A stretch of 64,000 nucleotides of DNA from an uncultured Bacilli bacterium (GCA_947589515.1 CANQBE010000001.1:3800-67799); one strand, 5' to 3'; positions 9,300 through 20,159 are shown, counted from the first letter of the stretch. Made by a program: numbers and translations. The notes: a model not told the origin generated them from the letters alone.

Positions 9300-11471
9300 A
9301 TGATTGTTAAAGTTTTGGTAGAACTATCAAATAAAAATATTGATAAGACTTTTGATTATTTAGTTCCAGAAAAATTGAAATCGCAAATTCAAATTGGTAT
9401 TCGTGTAACCGTACCATTTGCTCATCAGATTTTAGAAGGGTTTGTTTTAGAAATTTCCGATTATGTAGATAGCAGTTTTGAATTAAAAGAAATTATGAAT
9501 GTTGTCGATCAAGATATTGTATTAAATCAAGAATTGTTGGAACTAGGTAAATATATTTCAAGAACGACCTTATCTACTTTGATATCTGCTTATCAAACGA
9601 TGCTTCCCAAGGCACTAAAAGCAAAACAAGGAGTAAACGTATCTAAAAAAATGGCACATTACTTACTTTTGAAAAAGGAAGTTTCCGAAAAATTAACAGA
9701 TACTCAACGAGAAATTATCCATCAAATTCAAACAAAGGGTAGATTACTCAAAAAAGAAGCAGAGCTCATCTCTACTAGTAGTGTCAAAACTTTATTAAAA
9801 AAGGAAATCATCGAAGAAGTAGAAGAGGAAGTCTATCGTTTACATCACGAATCTGATTTCAAAGAAAAATATCCTTTAACGCCATCTCAACAAAAAGCTG
9901 TAGATACTATCTTAGATCAGAAAAATACCGATGCTGTTTTTTTAATCCATGGGGTAACAGGTAGTGGAAAAACAGAAGTTTATATGGAAATTATTGAAAA
10001 ACTCTTACAAGAAGGAAAGGAAAGTATTGTTTTAGTACCTGAAATTTCTTTAACAGAGCAAATTGTTTCTCGTTTTCAAAATCGTTTTACAGATAGTATC
10101 GCTATTTTACACAGTCGTTTAAGTGATGGTGAAAAATATGATGAATGGCGAAAAATCGCAAGAGGCGAAGTTAAAATCGTCATTGGTGCTAGAAGTGCTA
10201 TTTTCGCTCCCTTAAAAAATATTGGAGTTATTATTATTGATGAAGAACATACAGATAGTTATAAACAAGATAGTTGTAATCCTAAGTACCATGCATTAGA
10301 TATTGCCAAATGGCGGGGAAAGTATCATCATTGTCCAGTTGTACTAGGTAGTGCTACTCCAACTTTAGAAACTTATGCAAGAGCCAAAAAAAATGTCTAT
10401 CAATTAATTGAATTAAATCAAAGAGTCAATCATAGATCTTTACCAGAAATTCAAATTATTGATATGAATCAGGAAAGAAAAAAAATGGTTGGTAATTTTT
10501 CTTGCTCACTCATTAGTGCTATGCAGGATACTTTAGAGAAAAAGGAACAAGTCATTTTATTATTAAATCGTCGTGGCTATTCTTCCGTTGTATCTTGTAA
10601 AAATTGTGGATATACAGAAAAATGTCCTAACTGCGATATTAGTTTGACTTACCATAAAAGCAGTAATACCCTTCGTTGTCATTATTGTGGATATGGAACC
10701 AAATTAAATGAATGTTGTCCAGAATGTAGAGAAAAATCTCTATCTACACTTGGTACTGGTACCGAAAAAATAGAAGAGGAACTTCATAAACTTTTTCCCA
10801 ATCAAAAAGTCATTCGTATGGATTTCGATACTACTAGTAGAAAAGGAAGTCATGATCGCATTATAAAAAGTTTTGCAGCAGGCGAATATGACATTTTACT
10901 TGGTACACAAATGATTGCGAAAGGACTCGATTTTCCCAATGTAACTCTAGTAGGTGTCATCAATGCTGATACTAGTTTAAATATTCCCGATTTTCGTAGT
11001 AGTGAGGTTACTTTTCAATTACTATGTCAAGTAGCAGGTAGAAGTGGTCGCAGAGATAAAAAGGGAAAAGTACTCATTCAAACGTTTAATCCAGAGCATT
11101 ATGCCATTCAATATGCCAAAACGCATGATTATTTAGGTTTCTTTACAAAAGAAATGTCAATTAGACATCAATTAGGTTATTCACCTTACTATTATTTGAC
11201 AGTTGTAAGAATATTGAGTAAATCGTATGATGATGCTAAAAGCACTAGTAATAAGATTGGGGAATACTTTCATAAAAATTTACCCAATACTACTATTTTA
11301 GGTCCTAGTGTTGCCAATGTCTTTCGAATTAATAACATTTATCGCTTTCAGATTGTCCTAAAATATAAAACGGAAAAGGAAATTTATCCTATTTTAAATC
11401 AATTAATCGATCATTACAAAACGAATTCAAAAGTAAAAATCGATATTGATATTAACCCAACTCATATATAA
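9300..11471 (+). CDS. priA: Primosomal protein N' (replication restart helicase PriA)
   Basis: Walker A GVTGSGKTE, DEEH box IIDEEH, and the Cys-rich zinc region CKNCGY..CPNCD..CHYCGY. RBS aaggag. Confidence 0.95.
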   Translation: MIVKVLVELSNKNIDKTFDYLVPEKLKSQIQIGIRVTVPFAHQILEGFVLEISDYVDSSFELKEIMNVVDQDIVLNQELLELGKYISRTTLSTLISAYQTMLPKALKAKQGVNVSKKMAHYLLLKKEVSEKLTDTQREIIHQIQTKGRLLKKEAELISTSSVKTLLKKEIIEEVEEEVYRLHHESDFKEKYPLTPSQQKAVDTILDQKNTDAVFLIHGVTGSGKTEVYMEIIEKLLQEGKESIVLVPEISLTEQIVSRFQNRFTDSIAILHSRLSDGEKYDEWRKIARGEVKIVIGARSAIFAPLKNIGVIIIDEEHTDSYKQDSCNPKYHALDIAKWRGKYHHCPVVLGSATPTLETYARAKKNVYQLIELNQRVNHRSLPEIQIIDMNQERKKMVGNFSCSLISAMQDTLEKKEQVILLLNRRGYSSVVSCKNCGYTEKCPNCDISLTYHKSSNTLRCHYCGYGTKLNECCPECREKSLSTLGTGTEKIEEELHKLFPNQKVIRMDFDTTSRKGSHDRIIKSFAAGEYDILLGTQMIAKGLDFPNVTLVGVINADTSLNIPDFRSSEVTFQLLCQVAGRSGRRDKKGKVLIQTFNPEHYAIQYAKTHDYLGFFTKEMSIRHQLGYSPYYYLTVVRILSKSYDDAKSTSNKIGEYFHKNLPNTTILGPSVANVFRINNIYRFQIVLKYKTEKEIYPILNQLIDHYKTNSKVKIDIDINPTHI

Positions 11472-11503
11472 AATTATGGGATTCTATGTTATACTGATAT
11501 TGG

Positions 11504-12094
11504 ATGATGAATATGAAAAAGAAACTAATAATAATTATGGTAGTGATTGGCATTCTACTCGCTAGTGGTATTTTGCTTTATACAAATGATTCTATTCGTT
11601 TTAAAATTTCTTATGAATATATCAATCAAATAGAATACAATAATGGTAAAAAGATTAAAGTAAATATTCCATGGAAAAATGGTATTCAGTATTTAAACGA
11701 AAAAGAAATCATTCCGTTTTTCAAAGAAAAAACAGGTATTATCTATTTTGGCTATAATACTTGTCCATGGTGTAGAAATATCGTACCAATCTTAATTGAT
11801 ACTGTACAAGCTAATCATATTGATACCCTTTACTATGTAGATATTCATAAAGTAGACTTATCTTCCATAAAAACAGAATTGGTTTCATTATTAGATGAGT
11901 ATTTAGAAGAAAATGAAGAGGGAGAAAAGGGACTTGCTGTACCAGATGTTTATTTTTTGAAAGAAGGTAAAATCATTGGTCATCACCTAGGTACTGTAGA
12001 TAGTTATCATAATCCGTATTTAGGAATGAATTCTGACCAAAAACAAGAATTAATTAGCATTTATCAAAATTTTATAGAGGAGATGACAAAATGA
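11504..12094 (+). CDS. Membrane-anchored thioredoxin-fold protein (CPWC active site)
   Basis: N-terminal TM helix and the CPWC redox motif. Which of the ATGs at 11504, 11507 or 11513 is the start is uncertain. Confidence 0.6.
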   Translation: MMNMKKKLIIIMVVIGILLASGILLYTNDSIRFKISYEYINQIEYNNGKKIKVNIPWKNGIQYLNEKEIIPFFKEKTGIIYFGYNTCPWCRNIVPILIDTVQANHIDTLYYVDIHKVDLSSIKTELVSLLDEYLEENEEGEKGLAVPDVYFLKEGKIIGHHLGTVDSYHNPYLGMNSDQKQELISIYQNFIEEMTK

Positions 12095-13029
12095 AGCATA
12101 TTAAAATTTTATTTATGGGGACTCCAGAGTTTAGTGTGAATGTTTTACAGGGCTTAATCGAAAATTATGAGGTGGTAGGAGTAGTTACGCAACCTGATAA
12201 AGAGGTAGGAAGAAAACATGAAATCAAATTCTCGCCTGTAAAAGAATTGGCTATCAAACATGATATTAAAGTTTATCAACCTAGTCATATTAAAAGTGAA
12301 TATGAAGATTTATTAAAACATCCAGTGGATTTCATTGTAACCTGTGCTTATGGGCAAATCATTCCTAAAGAATTACTCGAATTTCCGAAATATGGTTGCA
12401 TTAATGTACATGCTTCTTTATTACCTAAGTTAAGAGGAGGAGCACCTATTCATAAAGCTATTATCAATAACTATCCTCGAACGGGGGTAACTATTATGTA
12501 TATGGTGGAAAAAATGGATGCTGGTGATATTATTTCGCAAGTAGATACTCCTATTTTTCCAGAAGATAATGTTGGTACTTTACATGATCGTTTAAGTATC
12601 ATGGGAACTAAATTATTATTAGAAACGATACCAAATATTATTTCGGGAAATATTCATCCTATCAAACAAAAGGAAGAAGAAGTAACTTACGCTTGGAATA
12701 TTACGCGCGAAGAAGAAAAGATTGATTTTAATCGATCTACTATCGATATCTATAATCAAATCAGAGGATTAAATCCTTGGCCTGGTGCTTATGCTCTTTT
12801 AGATCAAAATGTAGTAAAAATCTATGCTTCTCGAATTAGTGATAGTTTTTTTACAACTAGAAAAAATGGAGAAATTGGTAAAATTTATGAAGATGGGATT
12901 GGCGTTAGTACGAAAGATGGGGAAATTATCATTACTGAACTTCAATTTGCCGGAAAAAGAAAAATGAGTGCAAAAGAATACTTAAATGGTGTACAAAAAG
13001 AAGAATTAATTGGCAAAATTTTTGAGTAG
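12091..13029 (+). CDS. fmt: Methionyl-tRNA formyltransferase
   Basis: Motifs MGTPEF, QPDK and HASLLPKLRGGAPI. ATGA overlap with the upstream gene. Confidence 0.95.
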   Translation: MKHIKILFMGTPEFSVNVLQGLIENYEVVGVVTQPDKEVGRKHEIKFSPVKELAIKHDIKVYQPSHIKSEYEDLLKHPVDFIVTCAYGQIIPKELLEFPKYGCINVHASLLPKLRGGAPIHKAIINNYPRTGVTIMYMVEKMDAGDIISQVDTPIFPEDNVGTLHDRLSIMGTKLLLETIPNIISGNIHPIKQKEEEVTYAWNITREEEKIDFNRSTIDIYNQIRGLNPWPGAYALLDQNVVKIYASRISDSFFTTRKNGEIGKIYEDGIGVSTKDGEIIITELQFAGKRKMSAKEYLNGVQKEELIGKIFE

Positions 13030-13037
13030 GAGAAAGT

Positions 13038-13757
13038 ATGAACAAGAGTGAATTTCAGGAACTGTTACAAAAGTGTTTTGGTAAAAAGAAAGATGCTAAA
13101 TATCATGCAGTATCTATGTTAATTATCTATGGAATCTTTATTTTTATTATCATTTTGGCTGTTAGAATTGGTGGAAGTAGTCATATACAGGAAAATGTAA
13201 ATCCTTCATCTAGTCCTATGCCAGAAATCAATTCTAATTCATCTGTTCCACAAACAGAAATGAATTATACGTATTCTTATATCATTACCTATCATGGAAA
13301 TAATGAAATTTATTTGGGTAAAAAGATAGGGGAAAAACAAAAATTTACGTTGATTACCAATCATTCTACAGTCGATTATGCCGCTTTAGGAGATAATTAC
13401 TTTATTTTAGAAAATGATACTTATCATACGGCAGAAAGTCCTAGTAAATTTTTGAAATATTGCAATCGGGAAAAAATAGAGTTATTAGTTGCCAATGAAA
13501 TTCCAACAGAAAACAATAATACGATTAGTTATTCTATTTCTAATCAAGTAATAGCTACCTTTTTTCAAGAAGTGTTGGAGCAGGAACAAGACGCTATCAA
13601 TTTGATTCAATTACATACTGTAAATGGTATCGTGAAAGAAATCGATGTGGATTTTAGTCATTACTTATCCGCATTAGAACAAACAGATAGTTCTTTTAAG
13701 ATTCATATGGAATTTGTAGATATTGGTACCACAGAAGACTTTGAAATTTCTTTTTAG
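13038..13757 (+). CDS. Membrane-anchored hypothetical protein
   Basis: RBS aggaga. Single TM helix (MLIIYGIFIFIIILAV). No recognisable motifs. Confidence 0.5.
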   Translation: MNKSEFQELLQKCFGKKKDAKYHAVSMLIIYGIFIFIIILAVRIGGSSHIQENVNPSSSPMPEINSNSSVPQTEMNYTYSYIITYHGNNEIYLGKKIGEKQKFTLITNHSTVDYAALGDNYFILENDTYHTAESPSKFLKYCNREKIELLVANEIPTENNNTISYSISNQVIATFFQEVLEQEQDAINLIQLHTVNGIVKEIDVDFSHYLSALEQTDSSFKIHMEFVDIGTTEDFEISF

Positions 13758-13759
13758 AT

Positions 13760-13789
13760 AAAGATAGAATGATTCTATCTTTTTTTTTG
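13760..13789 (+). terminator. Rho-independent terminator
   Basis: Stem aaagatagaa/ttctatcttt followed by a T-run. Confidence 0.7.
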
Positions 13790-13883
13790 TATAATAGTGT
13801 ACATTATTTGACATTTTTTTTGAATATTTCCGTTAGGAATCCTTTTTCATGTTATAATTTATTATGTATAAGTAGGTGAGTTA

Positions 13884-14924
13884 ATGGATAATACCGATGA
13901 TTCTATGAATAATATCTATAATCTTACTCTAACGGATTTAGAAAATTATTTTATCAATAAAAATGAAAAAAAATTTAAAGGACAACAAGTATTTGATTGG
14001 TTGTATCGAAAAAGAGTTACTTCTTTTGATGAGATGACAAACTTAAAAAAAGAGGTTATTGACCTATTAAAAAGTGAATTTACGATGAAAACTCTTTCCA
14101 TTACTAAAGTAGAAAGAGATACGGATGTTAATAAATATTTATTTTCTTTAAAAGATCAAGAGAAAGTGGAAGCTGTTTTAATGAATCATTTATATGGAAA
14201 TAGTTTATGCATTTCTACCCAAGTAGGTTGCAACATGGGATGTAAGTTTTGTGAAAGTGGTAGACTTAAAAAAGTAAGAAACTTGGAAACACATGAAATG
14301 ATTGAACAGATTTTATTAGTAGAAGAAGAGTGTGGAAAAAGAATTAGTCATGTGGTAGTGATGGGAATTGGCGAACCTTTTGATAATTATGATAATCTTA
14401 TCAAATTTATTGAAATTATCAATCATCCAAAAGGAATCGAATTAGGTAGTCGTCACATTACCGTATCAACTTGTGGAGTTGTTCCTAAAATTAAAGAGTT
14501 TATGAATTTACCATATCAAGTGAATTTAGCTATTAGTTTGCATGCACCTAATAATGAGATTAGAAATCAAATTATGCCAATTAATAAAGCCTATCCTATT
14601 GAAGTATTAGTGAATACTTTAAAGGAATATATTAAAAAGACTAATCGTCGAGTAACTTTTGAATACATTTTATTAGATGGTGTCAATGATACCACAGAAT
14701 GTGCTATTGAATTAGCCAATTTAGTAAAAGGAATGAACTGTTATATTAATTTAATTCCTTATAATGAAACTAATAATATTTCTTATAAACGCACAAAACC
14801 GTTAAACATTTCTAAATTTTATGATATACTTAAGAAGAATAGAATTAATGTCACCATAAGGAGAGAATATGGTAGTAAAATAAGTGCTGCTTGTGGACAA
14901 CTTAGAAGTAAGAAGGAGGACTAG
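13884..14924 (+). CDS. rlmN: 23S rRNA/tRNA A2503 C2-methyltransferase RlmN (radical SAM)
   Basis: Radical-SAM cluster motif CNMGCKFCESG, MGIGEP, and the C-terminal AACGQL. Confidence 0.9.
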   Translation: MDNTDDSMNNIYNLTLTDLENYFINKNEKKFKGQQVFDWLYRKRVTSFDEMTNLKKEVIDLLKSEFTMKTLSITKVERDTDVNKYLFSLKDQEKVEAVLMNHLYGNSLCISTQVGCNMGCKFCESGRLKKVRNLETHEMIEQILLVEEECGKRISHVVVMGIGEPFDNYDNLIKFIEIINHPKGIELGSRHITVSTCGVVPKIKEFMNLPYQVNLAISLHAPNNEIRNQIMPINKAYPIEVLVNTLKEYIKKTNRRVTFEYILLDGVNDTTECAIELANLVKGMNCYINLIPYNETNNISYKRTKPLNISKFYDILKKNRINVTIRREYGSKISAACGQLRSKKED

Positions 14925-14925
14925 C

Positions 14926-15687
14926 ATGAGTATGAAATCATTTTATTTAACCGATGCTGGTAAAGTTAGAAGTCATAATGAAGATAGTGTCATTGTTGTT
15001 AGAAATCAAGATGATGACTATCTATTAGCAGTTGCTGATGGGATGGGAGGACATCGTGCTGGAGAAGTAGCATCCTCTATTGCGATTAGCTATTTAGGAA
15101 AACATTTCCAAGATACTTTCCGCGATATGAAAAAAGAAGATGCTATCGAATGGATTCGCGATGCTGTCAAAGAAATCAATCGATTAATTTTTAACCATGT
15201 TGATAACCATCCAGAGAGCAAAGGAATGGGAACTACTTTAGTATTAGCAATTAGTAGTAAAGATTATGTTTTATTTGGAAATATTGGAGATTCTAGTGGC
15301 TTTGCTATGAAAGAAAAGCAGCTATACAAAGTAACTTACGATCATACTTTAGTTAATTTATTAGTAACGGCAGGAGAATTAACTGAAGAACAGGCAAAGG
15401 ATCATCCTAAGAGAAATGTCTTAATGAAAGCATTAGGTGCCAATAATCCAATTGAAGTAGATATTTTTGATTGTGATAAAGAAGTAACTGATATTCTTCT
15501 TTGTAGTGATGGACTAACCAATATGTTGGATATAGAAAGTATTGAAAGAGTATTACTTAGTGATTTCGAAGTAGAAGACAAGGTGATTCGTTTAATGAAA
15601 AAAGCAATGAACCGTGGAGGAACGGATAATATTAGCATTGCTTACTTGGAAAGAGTACCAAGAGAAAAAAAAGAAGGTGAAGAATAA
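14926..15687 (+). CDS. prpC: PP2C-family Ser/Thr phosphatase (Stp/PrpC)
   Basis: RBS aggagg. Motifs ADGMGGH, GMGTT, CSDGL and GGTDNIS. Confidence 0.9.
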   Translation: MSMKSFYLTDAGKVRSHNEDSVIVVRNQDDDYLLAVADGMGGHRAGEVASSIAISYLGKHFQDTFRDMKKEDAIEWIRDAVKEINRLIFNHVDNHPESKGMGTTLVLAISSKDYVLFGNIGDSSGFAMKEKQLYKVTYDHTLVNLLVTAGELTEEQAKDHPKRNVLMKALGANNPIEVDIFDCDKEVTDILLCSDGLTNMLDIESIERVLLSDFEVEDKVIRLMKKAMNRGGTDNISIAYLERVPREKKEGEE

Positions 15688-17486
15688 TGGTAGAAAAGGG
15701 GCAAAAAATTAATGATCGTTATGAAATCATTAAAAGTATTGGCGAAGGTGGTATGGCTAATGTTTATTTAGCTTATGATACAATTTTAGATCGAAGAGTA
15801 GCCATTAAAATTCTAAGAGGAGATTTATCTAATGATGAAAAGTTTGTAAGAAGATTTCAAAGGGAAGCTTTATCTGCTTCTAGTCTTTCTCATCCTAATA
15901 TTGTTGAAATGTATGATGTTGGGGAAGATAATGGAATTTATTACATTGTCATGGAATATATTGAAGGTAAAACTTTAAAACAGTTAATTAAAAAACGTGG
16001 TGCTCTTACTCTTAGTGAAGCCATTGATATTATGCTTCAAATTACCGATGGAATTAGTCAAGCTCATGATAGTTATATTATTCATAGAGATTTAAAACCT
16101 CAAAACATAATGATTAAAGAAGATGGAGCAATCAAAATTACCGATTTTGGAATTGCCATGGCATTAAATTCTACACAGCTAACACAAACCAATTCGGTCA
16201 TGGGTAGTGTTCATTATCTACCTCCAGAACAGGCTAGTGGTAAAGGTTCTACTATCCGTAGCGATGTCTATTCTATGGGAATTTTATTCTATGAAATTTT
16301 AACTGGTACTCTACCATTTAAAGGTGAGAATGCAGTAGAGATTGCTTTAAAACAAATGCGTGAAGAAATTCCTAGCGTTCGTAAAAAAAATCCAGCAATC
16401 CCCCAGAGTGTTGAAAATGTTATTTTAAAAGCAACGGCTAAAAATCCTAAAAATCGTTATGCCGATAGTAAAGAAATGCATGCGGATTTATTAACCGTAT
16501 TAAACGATGAACGAATGAATGAAGAAAGAGTCATATTTAAATATCCAGAACATGAATTCGATGAAAATACTAAGGCCATTTCCACTGTGAAAAAGAAAAC
16601 GGATGAAAAGTTAAACACTACTTCTGAAGAAGAGGAAATAGACTTAGATGATTCTTTCTTAAAAGAAAATAAAACCATTAAAAAAACCAATAAAATTATT
16701 TTAATTCTAGCATCGATTTTTGTAGTCATTGTGGTTGTTTTGCTTTCTTTATTCTTTGTGGTACCATATTTTACGAAAATACCAGATGTAAAGATACCTG
16801 ATGTGAGTGGATTGTCTGTTATAGAAGCAGAATCAAAGTTAAAAGAACAAGGATTTGAAGTGGCTTTAGAAACCATTAAAGAAGAAAATGAAACAATAGA
16901 AAAAGGAAATGTAATCAAAACAGATCCACAAGCAGGTAGAACGATTAAAAAGGGTAGTACGATTACTTTATATGAATCTTTAGGAGAAGAAATTTATACA
17001 GTAGAAGATTATACTGGGGAAAACTATATTCGAATTGAGACATTATTAAAAGATGTTTATGGACTGAAAGTTACGATTAAACCTAAAGATGTGGATATGA
17101 ATAGTGATTATGATGAGCAAGAAATCATTGAACAAAGCGTTCCAGCAGGTACAAAATTAGGAAAAGGTGATCCAATTACTTTATATATTCCTAATATTGT
17201 GGAATCTTATCCAGATATGGTAGAAGAGGGATGGACATTAGAAGATGTAGAAGCTTTCTGCCAAAAATATGAAATTGATTTAAAAATTGATTATGAAGAA
17301 ACCATCCAATTTGATGAGGGAACTTTAATTAGCCAATCACGTTCTCCAAAAACACCAATTGTATCCCATTCTGATTTAAGAATTGTGATTGCTAAAAAAC
17401 CAGAAATAGAGACTCAACCAACTCCTAATGGATCAACAACAGAAAAAGAAAATGAGAATCAGGAAGAGGATACGAAAACAGAATAA
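15687..17486 (+). CDS. prkC: Ser/Thr protein kinase with PASTA repeats (PrkC/PknB type)
   Basis: HRDLKPQN and DFGIA motifs, a central TM helix, and three PASTA-like extracellular repeats. TAATG overlap with the phosphatase gene. Confidence 0.92.
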   Translation: MVEKGQKINDRYEIIKSIGEGGMANVYLAYDTILDRRVAIKILRGDLSNDEKFVRRFQREALSASSLSHPNIVEMYDVGEDNGIYYIVMEYIEGKTLKQLIKKRGALTLSEAIDIMLQITDGISQAHDSYIIHRDLKPQNIMIKEDGAIKITDFGIAMALNSTQLTQTNSVMGSVHYLPPEQASGKGSTIRSDVYSMGILFYEILTGTLPFKGENAVEIALKQMREEIPSVRKKNPAIPQSVENVILKATAKNPKNRYADSKEMHADLLTVLNDERMNEERVIFKYPEHEFDENTKAISTVKKKTDEKLNTTSEEEEIDLDDSFLKENKTIKKTNKIILILASIFVVIVVVLLSLFFVVPYFTKIPDVKIPDVSGLSVIEAESKLKEQGFEVALETIKEENETIEKGNVIKTDPQAGRTIKKGSTITLYESLGEEIYTVEDYTGENYIRIETLLKDVYGLKVTIKPKDVDMNSDYDEQEIIEQSVPAGTKLGKGDPITLYIPNIVESYPDMVEEGWTLEDVEAFCQKYEIDLKIDYEETIQFDEGTLISQSRSPKTPIVSHSDLRIVIAKKPEIETQPTPNGSTTEKENENQEEDTKTE

Positions 17487-17506
17487 TTCATGATAAAGGT
17501 GAAAGA

Positions 17507-18343
17507 ATGGAAGGACAAATTGTTAAGATACTAAGTAATTTATATTTTGTAAATAGTAATGGTAAAGTTTACGAATGTCATTCAAGAGGAAAATTTCGTA
17601 AGGATAACATTATTCCTACGGTGGGTGACTATGTAAAATTTGATGAAAAAAATGAATATATTTTAGACATTTTACCACGTAAAAACACTTTAACTCGTCC
17701 GTTTGTTAGTAATGTTGATCAGGCTTTTATTATTACTAGTTGTAAAAGTCCTGATTTTTCTACCAATCTATTGGATAAATTATTAGTACTGTTAGAATTT
17801 CATCAGATTAGACCTATTATTTGTCTTACAAAACAAGATTTATTAACTAAAAGAGAAAAGAAGGAAATCAAAAAAATTAAAAAATACTATCAAAAAATTG
17901 GTTACATCGTTTTATGGAATACCAATCTATGGAGAATTAAACGTCTTTTTAAAGAAAAGACGACAGTGTTTACAGGGCAAACAGGGGCAGGAAAAAGTAC
18001 ATTATTAAATCGATTAAATAAAAATTTAAATCTTGAAACAGGAGAAATTTCCAAGGCCTTAGGAAGAGGTAAACATACTACTCGTCATGTGGAATTAATC
18101 GAATTATTTGGTGGAAAAGTGTTAGATACGCCAGGATTTTCTTCGATTGATTTTGATGATTTAGAAAAAACTGATATTCGTAATGGCTTTATTGAGTTTC
18201 AAAAATATTCTTGTCCTTATCAAGATTGTATGCATTTAAAAGAAAAAGAATGTAAAGTATTAGAAGCTGTCAATCATCATGAAATTTTAACTAGTCGTTA
18301 TGAAAATTATCAAAAAATTATTTCTGATGAAAATAGAAAGTAG
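17507..18343 (+). CDS. rsgA: Ribosome small-subunit biogenesis GTPase RsgA (CpgA)
   Basis: Circularly permuted GTPase: TKQD (G4) comes before GQTGAGKST (G1) and DTPGF (G3). C-terminal Cys/His zinc motif. Confidence 0.9.
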   Translation: MEGQIVKILSNLYFVNSNGKVYECHSRGKFRKDNIIPTVGDYVKFDEKNEYILDILPRKNTLTRPFVSNVDQAFIITSCKSPDFSTNLLDKLLVLLEFHQIRPIICLTKQDLLTKREKKEIKKIKKYYQKIGYIVLWNTNLWRIKRLFKEKTTVFTGQTGAGKSTLLNRLNKNLNLETGEISKALGRGKHTTRHVELIELFGGKVLDTPGFSSIDFDDLEKTDIRNGFIEFQKYSCPYQDCMHLKEKECKVLEAVNHHEILTSRYENYQKIISDENRK

Positions 18344-18352
18344 GTGTTTATC

Positions 18353-18982
18353 ATGAAAGTATCCGCTTCGTTTTTGTCTTGTTCTAAAATCATTCCGGTT
18401 GTTAGCAAGTTATCTGCTACGGATGTTGATTATATCCATGTAGATTTTATCGATGGAAGTTTTGTGAAAGGGAAAAAAATACCTTTTCGCAAAATCAAAC
18501 AGATTGGAAAGTATAGTAGAAAAAGATTAGATGTTCATCTTATGACCAAACGATTAAAGAAATATATTAAAAAGTTTTCTCAATTAGATTGTGAATATAT
18601 CACTTTTCATTTAGAAATCGGGAAAAATATTGAAAAATATATCGAATTGATTCATAGTTATGGAATTAAATGTGGACTAGCTATTAATCCTGATACAGAT
18701 TTTAAAGAATTAGAGCCATATTTAAATATGATTGATATGGTATTAGTGATGAGTGTTGAGCCAGGTTATGGGGGACAAGAGTTTATTAAAGAAACGGTAA
18801 AGAAAGTAAAATCTTTACGGGAATATATTGGGAAAAAAGAAGTTTCGGTAATGATTAGTGTCGATGGAGGAATCAACGAGGAAACAGTAAAAAAAGTAAA
18901 ACCTTATGTCGATATGGTGGTGTCGGGTTCTTATATTACGAAAAGTGATGATTTTCAAGAACAGATTCATAGTTTAAGATAA
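18353..18982 (+). CDS. rpe: Ribulose-phosphate 3-epimerase (divergent)
   Basis: Motifs HVDFIDG, DVHLM, EPGYGGQ and VDGGI. Sits in the conserved position after rsgA. Confidence 0.8.
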   Translation: MKVSASFLSCSKIIPVVSKLSATDVDYIHVDFIDGSFVKGKKIPFRKIKQIGKYSRKRLDVHLMTKRLKKYIKKFSQLDCEYITFHLEIGKNIEKYIELIHSYGIKCGLAINPDTDFKELEPYLNMIDMVLVMSVEPGYGGQEFIKETVKKVKSLREYIGKKEVSVMISVDGGINEETVKKVKPYVDMVVSGSYITKSDDFQEQIHSLR

Positions 18983-18985
18983 AAA

Positions 18986-19021
18986 ATCATCTAAGCAATG
19001 AGGTCTTAGATGATTTTTTTA
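18986..19021. terminator. Bidirectional terminator between rpe and rpmB
   Basis: Stem atcatctaag/cttagatgat, flanked by an A-run and a T-run. Confidence 0.75.
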
Positions 19022-19056
19022 TTTTCTTTGATCAATTCATAAAAAAATAAGTGATT

Positions 19057-19248
19057 CTATTCACTTACTTCTTCAACTTTTTCATCTTTTCTTGCTGTTC
19101 TTAATTCTCTAGCACTTACTCTCACTCTAGTTCCATCTTCTAGTCTAACTACTTGAAGATTAACACCTTGTTTTTTGCGAGTAGCATTTAAAGCATGAGA
19201 ACGATTATTTCCGAATAAAGGTTTTTTACTAGTAACTTTAACTGCCAT
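19057..19248 (-). CDS. rpmB: 50S ribosomal protein L28
   Basis: 63 aa. GNNRSHALNATRK signature. Confidence 0.95.
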   Translation of the reverse strand: MAVKVTSKKPLFGNNRSHALNATRKKQGVNLQVVRLEDGTRVRVSARELRTARKDEKVEEVSE

Positions 19249-19328
19249 TTCAATTCCTCCTTCTGATACATAATTAACTTGCTTAATAACTTTATCATAT
19301 ATTTTCTATTTAGTCAAATAAATATTGC

Positions 19329-20069
19329 CTATTTCATAATTTTTTGTAGTTTTTTTTGAGAAATTTCTTCCCCACGAAAATAAAAATCTTTCATTGTCGA
19401 AGGAATGGTAATTCCTTTTTGTTGTTCAATATTTTGTAGGATTTCTGTCATACTTTGTGTTTGTATTTGTTTTAATATTTCTAAAAATTGGGGATGACAA
19501 GCTAACATTTTGTGATAATCACTCAGACTAGAAAAATTATAAAAACCATTAGAATATCCTACAAATTGATTCCAATAACTATCACTGTAATCATCTAGAG
19601 GTGCTAAATTGATATCACCATTATCAAATTTTTCTATTTTGACATTACTAATTCGATTTTGTTGCTTCATATAAATATCGATTGCAAACATTTTAAAAAT
19701 TTGGTCTAGAAAACCTTCTTTATTCTTTTGATTCCTACAGCCATCTTTCCATAAATATAAAGTATTTTCTGATAAATTGGAACTAATTTTTGTAGGGGAA
19801 TAATAAGTATTATTTTTTTGCTTAAAATCTGGAAATGCCATCCAAAGATCACCATTTTGATTTTGAAAAAATTCAAAACAAACGGTACGAAGTTTCATAT
19901 TATTTGCTAAGACTTCACCAATTAAATCGTTTAAATTAGGTTTTTTGATATAGTAAATTGTATGATTCTGTATAAAATAACATTTTCCTGTTTTGGAATG
20001 TTGAATCATAGAATCCAAATCGATCATAGGAACCTGTGCTGTTAAATAATTTGTTAAATCTTGATACAT
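19329..20069 (-). CDS. Hypothetical protein
   Basis: RBS aagagg precedes the ATG at 20069. No confident motif. Confidence 0.5.
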   Translation of the reverse strand: MYQDLTNYLTAQVPMIDLDSMIQHSKTGKCYFIQNHTIYYIKKPNLNDLIGEVLANNMKLRTVCFEFFQNQNGDLWMAFPDFKQKNNTYYSPTKISSNLSENTLYLWKDGCRNQKNKEGFLDQIFKMFAIDIYMKQQNRISNVKIEKFDNGDINLAPLDDYSDSYWNQFVGYSNGFYNFSSLSDYHKMLACHPQFLEILKQIQTQSMTEILQNIEQQKGITIPSTMKDFYFRGEEISQKKLQKIMK

Positions 20070-20159
20070 AATTTTTCCTCTTTCCTTAGTCATTCTAACA
20101 TTTTCTTTAAGTAAAGTCAAAAGTTTTGTGGTAAGATAATATTAGAAGGAGAAATGATT

